From an uncultured delta proteobacterium (GTDB lineage: Bacteria; Myxococcota; Myxococcia; Myxococcales; Anaeromyxobacteraceae): 64,000 bases of DNA. The position numbers and the translations under genes are program-made. Shown here piece after piece: positions 58,861 to 64,000 of the stretch. The stretch covers positions 224,001-288,000 of the forward strand of contig CAWFDF010000008.1 of the NCBI GenBank assembly GCA_963814585.1. Direction: 5' to 3'. Every line of letters begins with the position of its first letter. The first letter of the stretch is position 1. Below the pieces are notes generated by a model. That model saw only the letters and a list, made by a program, of their open reading frames with translations. It was not told the origin of the DNA and ran no database searches.

Positions 58861-60971
58861 CCCTGGGCCTTCCTCGGGCCGGCGCCCGGGGGCAGCTCGG
58901 CCTGGATCTTCCTGAAGTCGGCGACGTCCGAGAAGATCGAGGCCACCCTGCGCATCAGCGCCAGCCGGTTGGCCCGCAGCCGCGGGTCCTCCGCCATCAC
59001 CATGACCTCGTCGAAGAAGGCGTCGACGGCAGGCTCGAGCGCGGCCACGGCCTGGAGGATGGCCGGGTAGTCGCGCCGCGACCGCAGCGCCGCCGCCTCG
59101 CGCTCGACGCGCTCCAGCTCGGCCCACAGCGCCTTCTCGGCCGGCTCGGACAGCAGGGCCGCGTCCACGCCGGCCCCGCCCGCGGGCGCCTTCTCCTGGA
59201 TGTTGGCGACGCGCTTGAACGCGACCGCCAGCGGCAGGAAGTCCTCTCGCCGCCGCACCACCGCCAGCGCCTGCAGCCGCTGGCGCGCGTCGACGACGTC
59301 GTCGTGGCCGGCGGACAGCACCGCCTCCACCAGGTCCACGTCGAACTCCTCCGACCAGAGCGCCTTGAGCCGGCCGCGGATGAAGTCGAGCACCTGGGCC
59401 GCCACCTGCTGACGATCGGTCGCCAGCCGGACCCCGGACAGCCCATCCAGCGTGGCCTCGACGGCGGCGCGCAGCGAGAGGTGGTAGCCGCGATCGAGCA
59501 GGATCCTGAGGATGCCGATGGCGGCGCGCCGCAGGCCGAAGGGATCGGCCCCGCCGGTGGCCTTCTCCCCGACGCCGATGATGCCGACCAGCTGGTGGAG
59601 CCGGTCCGACAGGCCGATCAGCGCGCCCAGGTCCCCGCGCGGCATCTCCTGGCCGGCACCGATCGGGCGGTAGTGATCCTCGATGGCGTCGGCGACGTCG
59701 GGGGCGAGCCCCTCCAGCCGCGCGTAGTGCCCTCCCATGATCCCCTGCAACTCGGGGAACTCCCCGACCATTCCGGTGCCGAGGTCGGCCTTGCAGAGCC
59801 GGGCCGCCTGGCCGAGGTCGGCGAGCAGCCCCTCCCTGCCCATCGACCGCGCCAGGGCCGCTGCCACCAGCCCGATCCGCTCGACCCGCTGCAGCTCGGT
59901 GCCGAGCCGGGCCTGGTAGGTGCGCCGGCCCAGGTCCGCCACGCGGCTCTCCAGCGTCCGCTTCCGGTCCTCCTCGAAGAAGAACCGGGCGTCGGCCAGC
60001 CGGGCCCGCAGCACCCGCTGGTAGCCGCTGCGCGAGACCCTGGGATCCTTCACCGGCGTGCCGGAGATGGCCACGAACCTGTTGGTGAGGCTCCCTCGCC
60101 CGTCCACCACCGCGAAGTAGCGCTGGTGGTTCCGCATCTCCGTGACCACCACCTCGGGCGGGAGGGCCAGGTTGGACCGCTCGAACTCCCCCAGCACCGC
60201 CGTGGGGTGCTCGACCAGCCAGGTGACCTGCTGGACCAGCTCCGGGTCCGGGCGGACCGTGCCGCCGCCCCGCCTCGCCGCCGCCGCCAGCGCCTTCTCG
60301 ATGGCAGCCTGGCGCTCCGCCGGATCGACCACGACGTGGCCCCTGGCCATCTTCCGCAGGTAGTCCTCGGGCGAGCCCAGGAGCGGGACGGCCCTGGGCG
60401 CGAGGAAGCGGTGACCATGGGTGACGGTGCCGCTCTGCACCTCGCCGTGGCGGACCTTGACCGGCTTCCCGCCGTACAGCGCGGCCAGCCAGCGGACCGG
60501 GCGGGCGAAGGTGACCTCGTCCCAGCGGGAGCGCATCGCCTTCTTGAAGCGCAGGCCCGTGAGCAGGCGGGTGAGGAGCGCGGGGAGAACCTGCTCCGCC
60601 TTCTTCCCCTTCTCCACCCGGGTGACGCCGAGCCGGAGCCCCTTGGGCGACTCGATCCGCTCCAGGGCGGCGACCTCCACGCCCTGGCTCCTGGCGAAGC
60701 CCAGCGCCGCCGCGGTGGGCTTCCCCTCGGCGTCGAAGGCGCTGGCCACCGGGGGCCCCAGCGACTCGCTCCTGGCATCGGACTGCCGGGCGGCGAGGTC
60801 GCGGGCCCAGACCACCAGCCGGCGCGGCGTCCCCATGGCCTTGACCTCGCCGTGGGCGAGGCGGGCCTCGGCGAGCAGCGCGCCCAGGTCCACCTCCAGT
60901 TGCCGCACCGCCAGCGGCGCGAAGCCGGCCGGGATCTCCTCGGCCCCGATCTCGAACAGAAGGTCAGCCAT
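58857..60971 (-). CDS. glyS: Glycine--tRNA ligase beta subunit
   Basis: LLFEIGAEEIP, TPRRL, EFPELQG, DPFGLRR, NRLAL. Confidence 0.96.
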   Translation of the reverse strand: MADLLFEIGAEEIPAGFAPLAVRQLEVDLGALLAEARLAHGEVKAMGTPRRLVVWARDLAARQSDARSESLGPPVASAFDAEGKPTAAALGFARSQGVEVAALERIESPKGLRLGVTRVEKGKKAEQVLPALLTRLLTGLRFKKAMRSRWDEVTFARPVRWLAALYGGKPVKVRHGEVQSGTVTHGHRFLAPRAVPLLGSPEDYLRKMARGHVVVDPAERQAAIEKALAAAARRGGGTVRPDPELVQQVTWLVEHPTAVLGEFERSNLALPPEVVVTEMRNHQRYFAVVDGRGSLTNRFVAISGTPVKDPRVSRSGYQRVLRARLADARFFFEEDRKRTLESRVADLGRRTYQARLGTELQRVERIGLVAAALARSMGREGLLADLGQAARLCKADLGTGMVGEFPELQGIMGGHYARLEGLAPDVADAIEDHYRPIGAGQEMPRGDLGALIGLSDRLHQLVGIIGVGEKATGGADPFGLRRAAIGILRILLDRGYHLSLRAAVEATLDGLSGVRLATDRQQVAAQVLDFIRGRLKALWSEEFDVDLVEAVLSAGHDDVVDARQRLQALAVVRRREDFLPLAVAFKRVANIQEKAPAGGAGVDAALLSEPAEKALWAELERVEREAAALRSRRDYPAILQAVAALEPAVDAFFDEVMVMAEDPRLRANRLALMRRVASIFSDVADFRKIQAELPPGAGPRKAQG

Positions 60972-60989
60972 GGGTCTCTCTCTCGAAGG

Positions 60990-61925
<936 letters not shown>

Positions 61926-62051
61926 GCGATCGCTCCTCGCGACGGGTGGCCGGGGGCCACCGGGACCGTGCAACCTATGGTTCCAACCCCGCGATGTCAA
62001 ACGGTAAGCTGCCCGGACCGCCCCGGCCGGGATCGGTCCACGGGAGCGGCG

Positions 62052-62828
62052 CTACGGGTCGGCCAGCTGCGGCGCGATCTCGTCGAGGAAGCGCCGCGCC
62101 TGCATCCGGTGACCCAGCTGCTGCTCCACGAATCGTCCCAGCGCCTCGCGCAGCTCCCGTCCAACCGGTGCGGAGACCCCCTCGGCGGCCGCTCCGAAGC
62201 CGCCGTGCTGGAGCCGCCGCAGGACCCCCACCGCCGCCGCGGAGAGCCGGGTGATCCCGACCGCCCCCACCTCGCAGCGCTCGCAGAGCACGCCCCCGTC
62301 GGCGGGGGCGAACGCCGCCCCTCGTTCCCCCACCGCGGCGGCCCCGCCGCAGCGCGCGCAGCCGTCGAGCCGTGGCTGGAAGCCGGCGGCCTCCAGCGCC
62401 CAGAGCTCGAAGACCCGCAGCTCGGCCGGCCGGGCCGGCCCGGCGTCGAGCCGGCCGAGGTACTCCACCAGCAGGTCGAAGAGGGCGGCGTGCGGCTCGT
62501 GATCGCGCACCAGCGAGCCGGCCAGCTCCGCGGCGTAGGCGGCGCAGCCGATCCTGGCCAGGTCACCGCGGACGTGGTGGAAGGAGCGCTCGACCGACAC
62601 GGAGTCGAGACGGGCCATGGCGTCGCCCCCGCCTCGTTCGGCCAGCTCGGCGGTGACCAGCGTGAAGGGCTCCAGCCCGCCGCCGAAGCGCCGCTTCGAG
62701 GCGCGGGCACCGCGGGCGAAGGCCACCAGCTTGCCCCGCTCGTGGCTCAGCAGGGTCACCACGCGATCCGACTCCCCGTAGTCGACCGTGCGCAGGACCA
62801 CCGCGGAGAGCTTGAACCTCGCGCTCAC
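62052..62828 (-). CDS. recO: DNA repair protein RecO
   Basis: VLRTVDYGESDRVV, ARGARASKRRFGG.LEPF, CARC...CERC. Confidence 0.93.
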   Translation of the reverse strand: MSARFKLSAVVLRTVDYGESDRVVTLLSHERGKLVAFARGARASKRRFGGGLEPFTLVTAELAERGGGDAMARLDSVSVERSFHHVRGDLARIGCAAYAAELAGSLVRDHEPHAALFDLLVEYLGRLDAGPARPAELRVFELWALEAAGFQPRLDGCARCGGAAAVGERGAAFAPADGGVLCERCEVGAVGITRLSAAAVGVLRRLQHGGFGAAAEGVSAPVGRELREALGRFVEQQLGHRMQARRFLDEIAPQLADP

Positions 62829-63211
62829 CCCGGTGACCTGCACCAGGCCGAGAGCAGCATGGTCGCCACGGCGCCGACCGCCAGCGCCGCCACCACCAGG
62901 GGGAGCCACCGGCGTGCGCGCGGGCGACGCTCCTCCCTCGGCTCCGGGCCGGCCGCCTCCTGCCAGCGCAGCACCACGTCGTCGGGGTCGAGGCCGGCGG
63001 CCGTGGCGTAGCTGCGGAGGTAGCCGACCACGTAGCCGCGCGGCGGCATCCGGGCGTCGTCACCCGCCTCGATGGCCTCGATGACGCCAACCCCCAGCCG
63101 CGTCGCCGCCGCCAGGTCCTCTCGCTCCAGGTCGCGCAGCTCGCGCTCCTGCTTCAGCCAGCGGCCGAAAGCCTCGAGCGATCCGGCCGGGGGCGCCTGG
63201 GCTGCGGGCAT
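62825..63211 (-). CDS. RodZ-like HTH protein with C-terminal TM helix
   Basis: FGRWLKQERELR, AIEAG, YVVGYLRSYA. Confidence 0.82.
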   Translation of the reverse strand: MPAAQAPPAGSLEAFGRWLKQERELRDLEREDLAAATRLGVGVIEAIEAGDDARMPPRGYVVGYLRSYATAAGLDPDDVVLRWQEAAGPEPREERRPRARRWLPLVVAALAVGAVATMLLSAWCRSPG

Positions 63212-63234
63212 CGTCTCGAGCTCCGACCGGGGAC

Positions 63235-63993
63235 CTACTTCAGCAGCTGGAGCGACCTGCGGCACTCGTCGGCCTCGGGGCCCTCGCCGGCCATGGACTG
63301 GCAGGACTCGAAGGCGGCCCGCGCGCCCTCCGCGTCGCCCCCCTTGAGCCGCGCCAGCCCGAGCTGCAGCTGGGCGTCGGCCGTCTTGGGGCATGCCCGG
63401 GCGTAGGCCTCGAGCTCGGCCAGCGCCTCGACCTGCTTCCCCTCGCCGAGCAGGATCCGACCCAGCTCGCGACGTCCCTGGCAGTACCTGGGGGCGATGC
63501 GGATGCAGGTGCGGAGCTCGGCCAGCCCCTCGTCCCTGCGCCCCACCTGGTAGAGCGTCTGGCCCTTGTTGCAGCGGGCCACCCACGGCTCCATGTAGAG
63601 GTTGACGTCGATGGCCTTGTCGAACTCGGCGAGGGCCTCGGTCGGCCGGCCGGTCCTGGCCAGCAGCTGGCCGAGGTTGTTGTGGGCCTCCGGGTAGTTC
63701 GGCCGGATGAGCAGCGCGTGGCGGTAGTCGGCCTCGGCCTGTGCCAGCTTCCCGAAGCCGTACTCCATCACCAGCCCGCGCCCCAGCAGCGCCTCCGGCA
63801 TGTCGGGGTCGGCCGCCAGCGCGATGTCGAACTCCTTCAGCGCCTCCTGCGAGCGGCCGGCGCGCAGGGCCTCGACCGCCAGGTCGTGGTGGATCTCGGC
63901 GGTCTTCTGCTCCTTGGGTGTCGGCCCGTGGGCGCAGGCCCCGAGGAGGAGCAGCAAGGCTGCGGCGAGGCGGCGGGCGCGGAGGTGGGCCAT
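63235..63993 (-). CDS. tgl: TPR lipoprotein Tgl/PilF (type IV pilus secretin pilotin)
   Basis: Lipobox LGAC; multiple TPRs (EAHNNLG); Cys-containing C-terminal TPRs; next to HTH-recO. Confidence 0.8.
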   Translation of the reverse strand: MAHLRARRLAAALLLLLGACAHGPTPKEQKTAEIHHDLAVEALRAGRSQEALKEFDIALAADPDMPEALLGRGLVMEYGFGKLAQAEADYRHALLIRPNYPEAHNNLGQLLARTGRPTEALAEFDKAIDVNLYMEPWVARCNKGQTLYQVGRRDEGLAELRTCIRIAPRYCQGRRELGRILLGEGKQVEALAELEAYARACPKTADAQLQLGLARLKGGDAEGARAAFESCQSMAGEGPEADECRRSLQLLK

Positions 63994-64000
63994 GTCGTTC

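Overview
Very GC-rich bacterial chromosome segment. Gene content (tgl, sigma-54 regulators, multiheme cytochromes, ftp-like type III PKS cluster, monomeric IDH) suggests Myxococcota, probably an Anaeromyxobacter-like organism (inference). The right third is housekeeping: yhaM-like, tatD, metG, holA, holB, divIVA, polA, glyQS, recO, tgl. The most notable region is 5.2-15.8 kb, an apparently self-contained sigma-54 redox regulon. It has two paralogous c-heme (CXXCH + CX4CH) sensor kinases, one of which looks catalytically dead, and an archaemetzincin protease overlapping an NtrC-type regulator. Two promoters share a 73-bp enhancer and a -24/-12 box at identical spacing. They precede (i) a 69-aa 4-Cys protein plus HybA/HybB-like FeS/NrfD subunits with no catalytic subunit and (ii) two membrane-anchored GcvH-fold proteins lacking the lipoyl-lysine, flanking a triheme cytochrome c7. 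Also present: a second cytochrome c-NrfC-NrfD module, a T3PKS/ICMT/ACP/FAAL/flavoprotein cluster, a ~180-bp MITE/REPIN-like element (two full copies and one deleted copy), and three single-base frameshifts that may be assembly errors. No CRISPR array, tRNA, rRNA or transposase was recognised. All calls come from reading motifs by eye; no database searches were run.
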